Origin: Anolis carolinensis
Taxonomy: Eukaryota
Direction of reading: 5' to 3'
Length of the DNA: 64,000 nucleotides
Assembly: GCF_035594765.1 (NCBI RefSeq)
Contig: NC_085845.1
Location: 179,382,897 to 179,446,896, forward strand
Shown here: piece after piece, positions 62,473 to 64,000 of the stretch
Position numbering within the stretch: the first letter of the stretch is position 1
Layout: the number at the start of each line of letters is the position of its first letter
Notes under the pieces: generated by a model
Told to the model about the DNA's origin: nothing
What the model saw: only the letters and a program-made list of their open reading frames with translations
The model's database searches: none
Position numbers and translations under genes: made by a program

Positions 62473-63098
62473 CTAGCTTTGCCCGGCCACGCGTTGCTGT
62501 GGCTTATGCTTTCAGAGTGTTGTTCTTTATTTACTGTCCTGATTTTAGAGATTATATTGTTCTGTATTATTATTAATCGCTTTGAATGCTATTTCCTGCT
62601 TCTTGGCAGAATGGGGTTGGACTGGATGGCCCATGAGGTCTCTTCCAACTCTACTATTCTATGATTCTATTTCACAGTAATTATTACATATTATATTTAT
62701 AATCTTATATTATCTGCTTAGAACTGGATTATATGAGGCCCCTTCACAGCTGTATAAAATGCACACTGAAGTGGATTATATGGAAGTGTGGAGTCCAGAT
62801 AATCCAGTGCAAATTAGATAATCTGTGGAAGAGGCCGCGGCCTAAGTCTGCCTGTCCCCTGGGCTGAGTTGGTTGCTAGGAGACCAAGTGGGCAGAGATT
62901 AGTCCTCTAACTGGCAGCAATTGGATAAAAACAATTATTGCTCTCCCTCTAATTAGGACTTTATTTTTCTTTTCTTTTTGTTGTATCAACCTAGAGGCGT
63001 GGATGATGGGTTGTGTTGTCAAATTTCGAGGTTGGGGGGCCTGTAGTTTTGTTGTTTTGTTGGTCGCCGTGATGCCATCACTCATTTATATATATAGA
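62473..63098 (-). mobile_element. Short non-autonomous Helitron of the same family
   Basis: Same 5' TCTATATA and 3' hairpin-CTAG termini. Confidence 0.8.
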
Positions 63099-64000
63099 CT
63101 AGCTGTGCCCGGCCACGCGTTGCTGTGGTGAAGTCTGGTGGTATGGGAAATAAAGTATTGAGGAATTGGTGGTAGTTAAGGTCAAGGATAAAGGTTTTCC
63201 CCAGACATTAAGTCCAGTCGTGTCTGACTCTGGAGGTTGGTGCTCATCTCCATTTCTAAGCCGAAGAGCCGGCGTTGTCCATAGACTCCTCCAAGGTCAT
63301 GTGGGATGACTACATGGAGCGGTGTTACCTTCCTGCCGGAGCAGTACCTATTGATGCACTCACATTTGCATGTTTTTGAACTTCTGGGTTGGCAGAAGCT
63401 GGGGCTAACAGTGGGGGCTCTCTCCGCTCCCCCAATTCAAACCTGTGGCCTTTTGGTCCAGAAGTTCAGCAGCTCAGCGCTTTAACACACTGCGCCATCA
63501 GGGGATATTATTTCCTAAAGGTTGTGAATATACAATATTTCGGATTGGTTTTTTTTTTTGTTGGAGGCAAGTATGAATGCTGCAATTAGGAAAAATGATT
63601 AGGATGTAATGGCCTTGCAGCTTTAAAGCCTGGCTGTTTCCTCCCTGAGTGAATTTTTTGTTGGGAGGTGTTAGCTGGCCCTGATTGTTTCCTGTCTGGA
63701 ATTCCCTTGTTTTCAGAGTGGTGTTGTTTGCGATATTTTATGTGCTTCTACTGTCTGTGGCCCTGAGAAAACAGAGGATTTGCCAGACTTTGATGATGGG
63801 AATACTTTGTTGGGAGTTGTTAGCTGGCCCTGATTGTTTCCTGTGTGGAATTCCCCTGTTTATTTACTGTCCTGGTTTTAGAGATTATATTGTTCTGCAT
63901 TATTCTATCCCAGTAATTATTTCATATTAAAGAAGAATCTCACTTATCCAACATTCGCTTATACAATGTTCTGGATTATCCAACGCAGTCTGCCTTTTCA
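63099..64000 (-). mobile_element. Composite Helitron, truncated by the window end
   Basis: Near-identical to 55907 onward; begins directly at the end of the previous copy. Confidence 0.82.

Overview
Vertebrate genomic DNA, almost certainly a squamate and most likely Anolis, judged from Sauria SINEs, BovB/RTE, CR1, L2, Penelope elements and non-autonomous Helitrons/MITEs. The window carries the conserved block HCFC2 (-, exons 1-2 only), GLT8D2 (+, complete), TDG (-, complete), UQCC6/BRAWNIN/C12orf73 (+, microprotein) and HSP90B1/GRP94 (-, complete). All exon boundaries were read by eye and give in-frame totals. The unexpected part lies between HCFC2 and GLT8D2: an apparent old tandem duplication of a unit made of a minus-strand NLR-like gene and GLT8D2. 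It left two decayed copies of an apparently intronless NLRX1/NLRC3-like HD2-LRR coding region, plus a still in-frame copy of the last two GLT8D2 exons whose intron holds a ~267-nt fold-back hairpin missing from the functional gene. Other notable items are hammerhead ribozyme motifs in many Penelope copies, a twin palindromic ERSE in the HSP90B1 promoter, a GC-AG intron in HSP90B1 and composite Helitrons. Homology calls rest on remembered sequences, not database searches.
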